Assembly (NCBI GenBank): GCA_026023565.1
Contig: JAPETS010000026.1
Span: forward strand, 124,001-188,000
Origin: Cirrosporium novae-zelandiae
Taxonomy: Eukaryota
Direction: 5' to 3'
DNA length: 64,000 nucleotides
In this document: piece after piece, positions 25,022 to 37,428 of the stretch
How positions within the stretch are numbered: position 1 is the first letter of the stretch
How the letters are laid out: each line of letters begins with the position of its first letter
The notes under the pieces: generated by a model
The model's input: only the letters and a program-made list of their open reading frames with translations
What the model was told of the DNA's origin: nothing
Database searches by the model: none
Position numbers and translations under genes: made by a program

Positions 25022-28000
25022 CTACGCCCTAACAGCATAAGCCACATGATCCGACGTGCTATACGTCCCCTCAGATCTAATTAACATGCAGGAATAATAC
25101 TGAGAAGAATCCCACATGGCGACCATGCAATAAGTACCCCAACTGTTACACCAATCGAGACACTTGGTAAAAGTAGAGATACCTGCCGGGGCACCAGCAG
25201 ATGCGAAATAGGTACCACTGGAGCCAGATGTATAACTTGTAGTGGCGCCACAGTTCATGGTGTAGGCGGTGCCGGACTCGGTAATGGAGCCTGAGGAGTA
25301 GCCGCTGGGGCAATAGGGGGTGTACTTTTTAGCGTATGCGACGGTGGAGGAGACGCTGGAGGTGCCGGCGGCGGAGAGAAGCATGCAGGAGAAGGCTTGG
25401 GTGGAGTCCCACATGGCGACTTGGCAGGTGTCACCCCAGGAGTTGCACCAGTCCATGCATTTAGCCATGCTAGTGATGCCGGCAGCGGTGCCAGCGCTGG
25501 CGAAAAAGGTTCCGCTGGAGCCAGTCGTGTAGCTCATGCTGTGGCCGCAACTCATTTGGTATTGGGTGCTACCTTCAGTGAGGTAGCCGTCGCTGACACC
25601 TGCCGGGCAGTAGGTGGTAGAGCTTGCGGAGGCGCTGCTAGAGGTAGAGGTAGAGGTAGAGGTTGTGGAGGATGAAGAGCTGCTGCTGCTGCTAGTGGAT
25701 GTGGACGTGCTGCTAGTGGATGTGGACGTGCTGCTAGTAGACGTTTTTGTTGATGTTGTTGACGTGCTTGTGGATGTGGTCGTTACAGTCGTTGATGTCT
25801 TCGTTGAGGTGGATGAAGATGTTGAGGATGTTTTGGTTGAGGTCGAAGTTGAGCTTGATGATGTTGAGAAGGTGAAGCATCGGGAACCGAATTGATAAAC
25901 TTGGTCCTTGAGTGTCTGAGCTGACGATACTCCATTAAAGTACATCGAGTTCTTAGTTTCCATAGTAGACACAAGCTTCAGTCCTCCAGCTGGGCAGGTG
26001 CTTGTTCTCTTGGCGAGCGCAGACTTTCTACTATCAATGATGTCGAAAAGAGAGTCGGATCGCTTGGACATGGTTCGGTCGTTGAAGTAGGTTCCGTTAG
26101 CAGCGATTGACCTATCGATAAATTTGGTTCCGTTGGCAGCCATCGACCTCTCTTCAAAATAGGTTCCGTTGGATAGCAGGGCCCTCTTGCTGACGGTGCT
26201 AGCAGACGAAAGCACTTCGGCGTCAAATCCGAGAGTGGTCTGCGTAGTGATACCAGCAGCATTTTGCATTGTGGTCCCGAAAACAACAACCGACATCTCA
26301 ATTGACGTCTTCATGTAAGGTGTCAAAACCACTCTTCCAGCCTTGGTGAACGATGGATAGGTTACACTAGCTGCTGGCTGCCAGCTAGATGGGTTTTCGC
26401 CCTGACTATCTTTTAGATCTAGGGTAGTCTTGGCATTGCTTAATGTCATCGAAGCTCCTCCTTGAACAGTGACAGCGCCGTCCGTCTGCCAGCTAAGTCC
26501 AACACCGTAAATAAATTTGGGACTAGATAGTTAGTTCGAGACTTTTCATATTCAGAATCAAAGAAGTACTTACGCAATGGTGAAGATGTTTGTGGCGGTG
26601 AGCGATGAAAGTGCCAAGGTGGATAGAGCAACATCGATACTGCTGGAGTATGCTGTAACGGTGGTGAGACTCATAACTAGGTTCGATGTGGCGCTATAAG
26701 TGCAAGTAACCGCTGCACCCAATACCGATTTTGTATCCACGACCACTATAAGAACACCCTCAAGTTTGAGAGAAGATACGGCAAGGTTGCAATTGACACA
26801 ATACATCTTGTCGCCTCGGGAAGTAGACGCCAGAAGAGAATTTGCTGGAACAGTGATTGTTACTGTCGACGTGACGTAGACATCAGCCTGTGTGACTGGA
26901 GGGTACGTGCTTGAAGAGGGATGGAGAATTTGATAAAGTGCCAACGCGGCTTGATAGCCATCCTTAAGGTCAGAATAATCTGAGCAAATTTCGCAGAGGG
27001 CATCAATTAGATCATCTGTGAGGAAGTCATCGAGATAATCTAGGGCGGTAGTTAACCAAGACGGAAGGGAAAAACGCTTCTCCGGAGTAAAGGAACGCTT
27101 TTCCGGGACAAGTGTAGCAACTGTTATTGAGGTACTTGTCGCGAAAGTCGAGTCGCTAGAAGTGGCTGAATCAGTAGCAGTAGCAGAAGCACTGTCTGAG
27201 CTACTCGCAGTTGATGAGGCACTAGTATCATCATCACCCTCATATAAGGAATATCCCTCAGGGAGAGTTTCTTGGACATTATCGTCGTCAGTAATGGCAT
27301 AATCAAGGTCAGCAGCACTAGCAAGAGCGGTTAGAGTATTATCAAGGATAATTTCTGGAGTATCGAGTAGATCTGCAGCCAAAGCAGCTTGGAGCTCTGC
27401 CTGATAGTCTGCGTCATCTGGCTTGAAATCATCGACTTCGATTGTCGGAGTCTGCGTAGCCATTGCTCCCAAATATAGTTGAATATACCCATCGTCGTTA
27501 TAGACTATGCCAGCCATGATTTCGTCATACATTTGTTGCTCAGCAGCGGTGAGAGCTGTAGAAGAAGCTGTTGATGAGGTTGTTGAAGCTGTCAATGAGC
27601 TGGAGTCCGAGCTTGTTGAACTACTCGCACTAGTTGAATCTGTAGAATCAGTTGATGTTGTTGTTGAACCAGTTTCGGAGGCGGTTGTGCTAGCTGAATC
27701 AGTCGATGAGGTTGAAGAATCCATGTCTGTGCTAGTGGCGCTGGTTGAATCCGTAGAATCAGTTGATGTTGTTGTTGAACCAGCTTCGGAGGCAGTTGTG
27801 CTAGCTGAATTAGTCGATGAGATTGAAGAGTCCGCGTCTGTACTGGTGGCGCTGGCTGAATCCGTTAAGGATGCCAACGAGCTTGAATCCGTGCCTGTTG
27901 CAGTAGCTGACGACGAGGAGCTTGAGTCGGAGTTGGTTGCACTGGCTGATCCAGTCGAAGACACTGAGGAACCTGAACTGGAACCTGTTCCGCTGGTAGA

Positions 28001-30237
28001 TGCTGACGAAGATCCCGAAGCTGTCGCTGAAGATCCCGTTGCAGACCCTGAGGAGCTTCCATATGAGGTGGTCGTCGTTGTGGCTGAAATCTGAATAGGT
28101 GTGATCGTAGTGAGGTAAGTTGTAGAGGTCAAAGTTCCTGACTGGCTGTAGTATGAAGTCATAATGGTACTATAAGGGGCAGCAGCCTCTGTACCTGTAA
28201 CAACATTGCCATAGCTAATTTCCATAGTTGATGCAACATCTGGCCAAGAACTCGTTGCTACTTGACAGACCATTGTCAAGGACTCTGAATCAGCAGAATA
28301 GCTCTGGACCATATAGACCCCTCTCTCCTTATTTGAATTGCACGTCGCACAGTTTGTGATAAGAACAAGCTCACTCTGAGGCCATTGTTGAGCGGTGGTG
28401 AAAGCTTCTGCGCTTGAGAATGTAATTGTTATTGACGTTCCCGAGCAGGAATAGCTGATAATGTACGCTGAATCCTCAAGAGTGACTTGATTGTACTTCA
28501 TGGCAAACTTGATCGATGCTGCATAGGTACCTTCCTCAGGATCTTCGGCATAATTTAGCGTGCATGTCTTGGATGGAACTAAATAACTAAGATCTGTTCG
28601 ATCAACATTTGGGTTGGCAACTGGGTAGACGGTCTTGTCTGAAGCTGTAGAAGATCCCGATGCTTTGGCGCCAGATGCTGCGGATGCTGAAGGGGAAGAA
28701 TCCTTCGAACTCGAAGCTGAGGGAGACGCCAAAGTGGCCATGCTTGTTGTCATTGCGGATGCAGCATCGGTGAAGGTTTGATAAGGGCAGTAATAAGTAT
28801 AACTAGTATCAATAACCGTAATTGTCTTTTCGGCAGCTTTATACGTCCCAGGTAGATAGGTGATGGTGGCGGTTGCAGCTGTGATCGTCGTTGGTGATGC
28901 CAGAGTTATGGTTCTTGCAGGCTCCGTGAAAGTGCCAGGGCGCGGATAAACGACCATGAAGGTTGGGTTTACCGAAGTAGCTGAGGTTGCGATAGAGCCG
29001 CTGCCAGTGATGGTGGCAGTTACATATGGGCAAACGTAAGTATAGCTCGTCTGTGTAACCGTGATAGTTGTTCCAGGGGCGGTATAGGTACCTGGGAGGT
29101 AGGTTGCCGTCGTTGAGGGGCCAGTTATTGTCGTTGGCGCGGAAAGCATGATAGTTCTAGCTGGGATGGTGTAAACACCAGGGGTTGGACACACCGAAAC
29201 GAATGATCCTGCTGATGCGGCGGCTATAGAGGAGCCACTGCTAGCTGTCGCATATGGGCAAACATAAGTATAGCTAGTCTGCGTAACGGTAATAGTAGTT
29301 CCGGCTGCTGTGTAAGTGCCTGGAAGGTATGTTGCTGTCGTTGATGGACCAGTTATAGTTGTTGGTGCGGATATTACAATCGTTTTGGCTGGAACGGTAT
29401 AGACACCAGGAGTCGGATAAACAGATACGAATGATCCTGCTGAAGCAGCTGCCACAGAAGAGCCGCTGTTGACGGTTGCATACGGGCAAACGTAGGTATA
29501 GCTTGTTTCAGTAGCTGTAATAGTCGTTTCTGGTGCTGTATAAGTGCCAGGCAAGTAGGTTGCCGTTGTTGATGGGCCAGTTATAGTGGTTGGTGCTGAT
29601 AGTACTATTGTCTGGGCTGGAATGGTATAGACACCAGGGGTTGTACAAACTGATACGAATGATCCTGCTAAGGCAGATGCTACGGAAGAGCTGCTGCTAA
29701 GGGTTGCGTAAGGGCAGTAATAGACGTAATCTGTTTCAACAACTGTCACGGTGGCTTCAGGTGCTGCATATGTGCCGGGGTAATAGGTCGTTGTCACTGA
29801 GTTCCCGGTAATGGTGGTCGGCGCGGTCAGCACCATAGTTGTTGCTGGCATAGTATATACACCAGGTGTGGGCATAACAGTTGACATGAATTTTGGCGTG
29901 GATACGACTGGCGAATTGGCACTAGCACTAGCTTGGATGTGAGCACTGATATGAGCTGCAACATCCGTGGCTTGCTGTGCCGCGGCTGCACTGCTCATAT
30001 AAGTCGCCGATGGGCCGGGTTGCACCACTTGACTATTTGTTAGCAACGACCTTGCTAGAAAATGGGGTTTCCCAAAGATAACGTACAGGTGCCTTCTCCC
30101 CAATAGGTTGTCACATAGGTTGTGCAGCCACAGATAGCATCGTTATTGGAGACATCTCTCTTTTCCAAGAGACTTGCAGCCGAGGTGAGCGATGCGAAGA
30201 GCAAGGCTGCCTTGTAGGAAACCGATTTCAGTTGCAT
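25022..30237 (-). CDS. Large (~1700 aa) secreted Ser/Thr-rich modular protein (3 exons)
   Basis: Signal peptide MQLKSVSYKAALLFASLTSA; five ~76-aa PTPGVYT repeats; Cys-containing beta-rich middle domain (DUF7029-like by recollection); S/T linkers; two C-terminal Cys repeats. GT-AG introns near 30.03-30.09 kb and 26.52-26.57 kb join the ORFs in frame. Confidence 0.8.
28790..29890 (-). repeat. Coding tandem repeat, 228-nt (76-aa) unit, ~5 copies
   Basis: GAATGATCCTGC recurs at 29201, 29429 and 29657 (228-nt spacing). Confidence 0.9.
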
Positions 30238-32251
30238 AATGAAATGCCCGTCTTGTATGTTTCTGTTTTTTTATTATAAATTATATGGTATGGAATTGGT
30301 GCGAGGAAATAAAAAGAAGGGAGTGAGGTTTGTCTAATTGATTGTAAAGAACGTCAACACATCACTATGTTCAAAAAGAAAGACTAGATGGACCCATCTA
30401 AAAGAATGACAGTAGCACAGGAAGGCTTTGGGATTCCTACTGTGTAGAGTTGGGAATAAAGCATTATATAAAAGAGACAGATATAATCGCAAGAGCAATT
30501 CATCTCGACAAAACCTTCCGTCAGTCATGTTCTGGCTGACAGATCAAACAGACTAGCAGTGGGGAATATCTCAGTCAAAAGCCCAAAGCATTGATCTGGC
30601 GTAGAACTTGTAGAATTCAAGTTAGATAAATTCCCGAATATGGGATTGTAACAGCCACAAGAAGATGTCTGGCCCAATGAGTGTTGGTAGTATAGGTAGT
30701 AAATAAAAAACATAAATGGACTGGTTGCTAGTCAACTGCGGCAAAGAACAGTAGATTGTAAATTGTAGATGGTGCTGTTTAGGTTTCATTTAGGGTTTCT
30801 TTAGCGTTATGCTTAGACGTGATCGAGAAGCCTTGGCTCTGAACCTGTTCATCCGCGTGGCTCGTTCCTGCAGCCCGGCTCCAAAACGGCTCCACCACAC
30901 TATGGATGTCTATAAGCGTCTTCATTCCAAATTTTCTCCTTCAGACAAGAAAGTGGCTTCGGAGACTCCGATTAAACATCTTCTCCACTTGTTTTTGGAT
31001 CTCGCCAGCCTTAGTGCTCCTTCGCTACTCCAGCAGACCTACTCGAGTACCATGTTGATCTCCCTTAAGTGCTTAACACCATATGCTTTTATGCATGTGC
31101 CTGAAGCTTATTGTTAGTTCGTCGAGTCAGTTAAAGCCCCCTCAGCCCCGAGAGCATGCCCGACGCCCCTATAGGGAAAATTTACCGCCCACTGCAATGT
31201 ATTTCTACATCATAGCTATACCGAGTTAGTACTCCAGCCACAGCAGAGGTTGAAACCAACGGTGGAGGAAAGCAAATTGACGAACAGAGCCATATAAATT
31301 CCTGGGTGAGTGATAAGATTACCCTTTGCGGCGAATACGGAATGTTTTCCGGTAAATAGAACAAGGTCCTTCCGGGAGCGAGATCTATTGAATTGACCCT
31401 GGAGATTATAAGGCTATACCTAGGAAGGGGTCCAGAGAATCCTTCGTAACTTAGTATTGTGACAAATGCATGATCTACTAGATCTAGTCTGTTCTTAAAG
31501 CATTGGACTATTTAGGGACAAGTATGTTGCTTAGTTGAGATTTCCTTGCTCTTGGAGTTAGTTCGGCTACATGCTTTAAGATAAGCGAAAAATCCGAGTA
31601 ATCATCTCGGAAATAACGCACGAGTCTAGAGAAGAGATTCTATCATACGATTGTACCACCTTGGCTGAACCCGAATTTCGGTTTCGGGTTAAATTCGGGA
31701 AATAATAATATTTGGTGCATTTACAGTGTCAAAGCAAGACTAATTCTAAAAATCTAACCATATGCCATCTTGTCTCTCATAGGGCCTAGTCAGCCCCAGG
31801 TGTCAAAGCTCCAGCATCTAGTTTCAGTGAAATATTAAATACCCCATCTCGATTTCTCTTTGACATAAAACAGTAAACCATTATCCCTGACTTTCCCCAC
31901 TCAACCTTTCAGGGGGTCAGGGGCCTAAAGCCCGAGGGAGTGGGCGCTAGCAATCATGGGATACTTGTACCATGTTGGGATGCTTCAGTAAATGGAACGT
32001 GCGAACAACAAAAAAAAGAAGCATTTCAACAGTACTAGAATTTTTATAATCTATGTTCGTAAGTCTTTTTTGTTTGAAAATAGAATTACATGTATATTGA
32101 GGCGTTATTGTATGTACTGTATATATATGTACGAGGTATCATATGGAACTGTATTATATAATTAGGTGTAAGTTATCGTCACTAGCCAAGAATCCCACTA
32201 CCTATTTGAAATACTTATAACTTATCAACCACACACTCAATTTCAATTTAA

Positions 32252-33900
32252 TGTTATGGATGCTAAGCCACGTGACTCACCTTATATAGATTCCGGAGCT
32301 CGCACCTTAGATTCTAGACCTAAAGACATCAATATCACAATAGTTATACTTCTAGATAAGAGCTTCACTGAGTCTATATCCTAGGTGTGGTAACAAGTGG
32401 TAGCATAATTCACGCAAGAAGCGGTATTCCATCTACTGCTGCAGCATTCTTTGAACAATGGTGTCTCTTAGATCTCAATTCTATTAGCAGTTTGCTAAGA
32501 AATTTGAGTTTTTTCCCCTCAGACCTTTTGAATATCCTGTTAAATAGAATCTTTGCCTCTTCCCTTCCGATCCTTGCAATCCCGACCTCAGTTTTACTAG
32601 TATTTTCTTACTAGAAGTGAGGCCCCTTTGACAGCTTATGGAAAATACCTGTCCGTTTACTCCACTTCCATCCACCTCACCAGCGAGCTCAATATTACCC
32701 TCCCTAGAATGCTAGAATTCTAGAAATTCTGCATTTTACCCACCCTCACCTCTTGATTTCCGCGTCTATCTTGACCTCGCTACCTCTATCGACTAGACCT
32801 CAGCTTTATTAGCATTTTACTAGTATAAGTGAGAGACTCCCGACGGCCACCTACTAATAACAAGCTCGATATCCCCCCACCAAGCCAGTGGAATTACCAC
32901 CTAGCTCCTTATTTCTCTAGAATTCTGCATCCTATCTCCTAGAATTCTTCCATTTCTTATTAACTTCGACCTTGTTCACTCTCAGGCCTTTGAATCTCAG
33001 CTTCCCTAGTATTTTACTAGTCAACTTGAGAACCTTCATACGAAAAGCTTCCTCATAAGCTCTCTCAGAACTGCCTTCAAAACTCCCCCTTACCCCCCCC
33101 TCCGTCGACCGAACCTCAGTTTTCCTAGTATTTTACTGGCTAGACTGAGAGCCTTCTTACAAACCCCCACCGAGTCTTGCATCGAGCCCCCAACCTTGTG
33201 CTGGCTTCAAAATGAACCGAATTGCACGTAAGCAGGAGATGTATGATACCAGCTTACAGATTATGCATATAGAAATTCGCAGACAAATGGTACGGATATT
33301 GAATAATGAGCAATTATGCGACCTTATTTGTCAATATCACGTACGCAACAATTATAAAGATATTGCAGCGAGCTTTGTCGGTGTGCATAATATGCAAAAA
33401 TCAGTTGCTTCCCGTACACCTTCTCCAAAACCCCGAGTCTCGACCACCCCCGCACCTAGGTCTTCCAGAAGCTCCTACACCAGCTCTAAGAGCTTCCCTA
33501 GAAGCTTACCTAGTCAGTCCAATGCCCCGAGCTCGAACAGACCAAGGGAGTTAGTCTGGCCGGTCTGGTCTAATTATCGCCAACACTGCTTCCCTTAAAA
33601 GGCCTAGTTCGCTTCCTGCAGCGACTACCCTAATTGCTGCGTCACTACCCCTAGCCCTAGTTCACCCCCTCGATAAGCATCATTCTAATGGAGCTTTGTG
33701 ACACCCCACCAAAAAGCCCACCCCTAAGGCTTTGATCAAAGTTTCTATTAAAAGCCCCGCCAAAACCCTTACCAAGACCTTAGCTATGCCCCTCAAAGCC
33801 CCCCTCAAGACTTTTACTCGACCCCCCTATGCCTTTATATCGATACCTCCGCAAAGCTTTCACGATTTTGGACTTATATACCCGATTCAACAAGCTTAGG
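32252..33900 (+). mobile_element. LTR (family A, 32252-32395) followed by a degenerate internal retroelement remnant
   Basis: TGTTATGG...GGTAACA similar to 23116-23266, immediately followed by AGTGGTAGC (PBS-like TGG); downstream is CTAG/TA-rich decayed sequence with internal repeats; no TSD. Confidence 0.55.
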
Positions 33901-33997
33901 CTGCAGTTCAGCCCATAGCCACAACGTCTGATACTCTCACGCTTATCGGCGTCATGGAAGGAGGGAGGTAGCAGCGCGTGATTAAGTTAACCAGAGA

Positions 33998-36900
33998 CTA
34001 TGAAGTTAAGATAACTACTAGGTCACCGAGATCACGAGCCATCTGCCTTTCTCGGAGTCTAAAAGACTGTCTCAGCTCTTCTTTCATGAGTAATCTCCAT
34101 TGAAAATTCTTTAAAATTGTACCTGGAGAGGCAATTGTACCTGGCGAAGCGATCAACCGTGCAGCACCAGTCCCATTCAGCCTATTCACTTTCACTAGAA
34201 ACAGTGAATCTAACTTCCTAAAGAAGTATCTCCCCTCATGTACTAGGTCCTACGGTGTCGTTATTGATATTTCCGGAGCACGAATGACAGTCGTCTGGAG
34301 TAAGGCACTCCCATTGTTCCAAATAGAGTTAGGACCCCTACATGTGATATTTCCAGATTCTAAGCATTTAAATGAAACGTACGCGAACGTAGCACAATCG
34401 TCAGAATAGCAAGTACCTGAGCCCAATAGCTTCCCCCCGACTCGGAGTATGGAACCTTGAAACCTCGATCGAGATCGTCTGTCCACGGCCAAGCGATCAA
34501 GAAATTCTTCTTTTCTCGGTCGATCCCTGTGTCTTGAAAGGTATTAAGAACTAGATGGATAATCCCTGAAACATAATCATGATACTTCAAAGGTATGGTA
34601 TTAAACCAATTTGTCAATGAATCATCATTTTGGAATGCACTGATAAGGTTATACTCTGTTTCTAGCTCTTCCCATAAATCTCTTTGGGACGGGAAAGCGC
34701 CAGCAAAAACCGGCAGCAAGCCAGCTACCAGCTCCCGCAAAGGGACCCTTCGAGCAACGCTTGTACAATAGCTCACTTGGACGCCCCACGGTTTTTTTAG
34801 GTATGATCTCAACTGGCCCCACGTTTTTGACTCAAGCATGCATTCTTTCAAAGTTTTGCCGCATATTTTGTGCCGGGATGCAACAAATTGCAAGAGAGCA
34901 TAGTTTCCTATCTGAAATCCTCCCTGTATTTCATCGAGGCTCCCCCAGTAAGACCTGAACGAACTCAAAGGTTGTAAGGCGAAAGAGGAATTCTCCCGGC
35001 ATTCCCTTTCATGGTTAGAGCAATTATCATTGATTATAATTGGCGTCCCGACAACGATTTTGGTACGTGTGTCGAAGGTGACGGAGCATCTTTCAAATTT
35101 CACATCTCGACTCCAATGAAATGCACTACTATCCCTATCAGATGCGTATATAATCCCCCCCTATATTAATAGCGCAGGGATATTGATCTTTATCTTTGCG
35201 AATCACAAGATAACCAGGACCCCAGGTGTCAAGAAGATCTTTAGCAGTAGCCAAAATATCGTATTTCTGGTTATTTTCAAGCGGCACGGTTCTTTTAGGG
35301 GCTAAATTCATACGAAAGGCGAACACTGGCCCCCGAGTCATATTTTCCATACACGTGAGATTGATAAGTTGCCCTTCGATCTGTTCATATTGATTTTTGA
35401 ACAATTCGTTGCCTAGTAGTAGAATCATTTTTTGCGGAGTATTTAAAAAAAAGGGGCGAATGACTCCTATATGTGCTTGAGTATAGAACAGAAAGCCTAA
35501 GCAAAGGAATTGTACAGCTAAAGAGCATAATTGAAGGATAGAATCAACGGTATTATTATACAGGAAACTCGTAGCTTCTGGTACGAGTGGTCTGAGTATT
35601 TTCACGGCCGTATTCTGGATTTTAATAGTTTCTGGATCAATAATTTTATTCAGACCTGAAAGACGTTTGATTTCCACCAGTCGCTCTACAGCAAGATTCA
35701 AATCTAATTGCCATAGCTCCACTTGGTCTGGTTTTTCCTTATTATTTGGGTCGAGGCTATTGGCGGGATACTGTAATATAGTAAAACAATCGCAACAAAG
35801 TCCAGCCATTTGAATTTGACCGGCCGCAGAGCAAAAGTCTTCAAGCGTTTTAGTGATTCTAGAGACGATAGTATGACGATTTGGATAGCAGTCATCTGCG
35901 AGTTAATCATATTGTGGTGGAGTGTATCTGTATGCTCATGGACTGTACGTACTTTTAAGTCATAGGAACAGCAAACAAACCAAACTCCAAGATAATATTT
36001 GTAGCCATAGTAGCCATGTACTGACTCGAACACTGTGTCGGTAATTGCGAATGGGCAGGGGTGTAATCGTAGATTGCAAGTCCCTAATTCATGGAATAGA
36101 AATATGAATAGCTAATTGTATAATTGAACGAATAGATCTTTAATTGAATGTATAGTTGGATAGGTAAATCAAAAGCATTTTTGATTGATTCATAGGTAGG
36201 TAGATAGACGTTCCATTTATAGGCAGCTTAATAGATAGAAAAACTTGATGTCTCTTTTATCCTTAGACTCTCGCTGACCCCTTTAACCCTCCGAAAAAGA
36301 AATTAAACCAAATTGCTTTTGTTAGGGGGGCATGCCCACTTACTTCACCATAATATGATACAATATAGCAATAGAATTTTGTTCTTCAAATATGATGCTG
36401 CCATTCCATTCCTTCGGATCGCGAGATATTGGTTTAATTCCAGCTAAATCGCAGAGTTCTTGAACTGTTTTTCCAATATCTATTTCTTCAGTCGACTCAG
36501 TAGGACTCGTACCACTAGCGCAATCTCGATGTGCGTATCCTGGAATATGAATGCCAGATTTTATTTGCGCTTGACGGAATTTGGAAGGTTCAAAATAGAT
36601 CCGAGGGGTATCATTAGCCTCTTCGAATAATAATTCTGCTATCTCGTCATAGCTATATCCCATCCTATTTAATTCACGTATCCATGAATATTCGCTTTCC
36701 GCAACAAGATCGAACCGTTTGGCTAACAACCTTTGTAAGACTTTGACTTCGCGATATTCCAAAGCTTCTTTGATTGTGGTTGGAGGATGAATGAAACGAC
36801 GAAGATTATCCTTAAAATGATTAAATGATGCTCCTTCGGTCAGGAAAGCTACTACTGATTCGAGCTCTTGGAAATCCTTATTCTTTTCATTATTCTCACT

Positions 36901-37428
36901 GCTCTCATTGTCTTCAACCTCACTGCTCCTGTTGCTATCGCTGTCTTCGATAGGAAAGTTTAGTGTTATTATGTTAAGCTCTTCTGGTACTCCCGCCATC
37001 GAAGTTTGCGATTGCAAATATCGATTCAATATAGGCCGAGAATCTGGCTTCTGGGTTTCCAATTGTTGCATAGCTTGTAATCTTTCAGGGCTAGGGTTTA
37101 GATGGTTGTATATTGTTTCGGTCACTTTCCCTCGTCGATATTGTTTTCGAAGTATATGAATAGCCAGTTGCTGAGGTTTATTCTGAGTTTCCAATCTAAG
37201 ATCATAGAAGAACTTTTTCAAAAGGCTATCGTGGTTGTTGGCAAATACCTTTTTATCAACTTTTTTGAAAGCCTCCAGATATAGCTGCCGTAGATCAGTA
37301 TTCTCGTAAAATAGTTTTGCCATATATTCAAGAGCCATTTGATGGAGAACTTGAACGGAGCCCTGTGAAATGCCACTCTCAGTCGAAGCGCTCTGGGAGA
37401 AAATTAATAGAGCCTCCGATACCCCGGA
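33998..37428 (-). pseudogene. Decayed large domain of unknown function, in frame with the upstream lectin-kinase ORF
   Basis: Collinear ORF fragments 36340-37338, 35138-35809, 34360-35103 and 33998-34195, broken by frameshifts (e.g. homopolymer at ~35155), stops and a 450-bp TIR insertion. Confidence 0.7.
35908..36357. mobile_element. MITE-like insertion with 16-bp TIRs and apparent AT duplication
   Basis: Left CATATTGTGGTGGAGT vs right ACTTCACCATAATATG (14/16 inverted match); AT-rich interior; excision restores the host reading frame. Confidence 0.7.

Noticed and set aside
25320..28094. Plus-strand ORFs rich in V/E/L/D (e.g. 25614-25895, 27507-28094)
   Set aside because: Antisense shadows of the Ser/Thr-rich coding sequence on the minus strand.
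31905..31950. GC hairpins ending in CTAG, resembling a Helitron 3' end
   Set aside because: Stem is short, the following base is not T, and no 5' end or second copy is visible.
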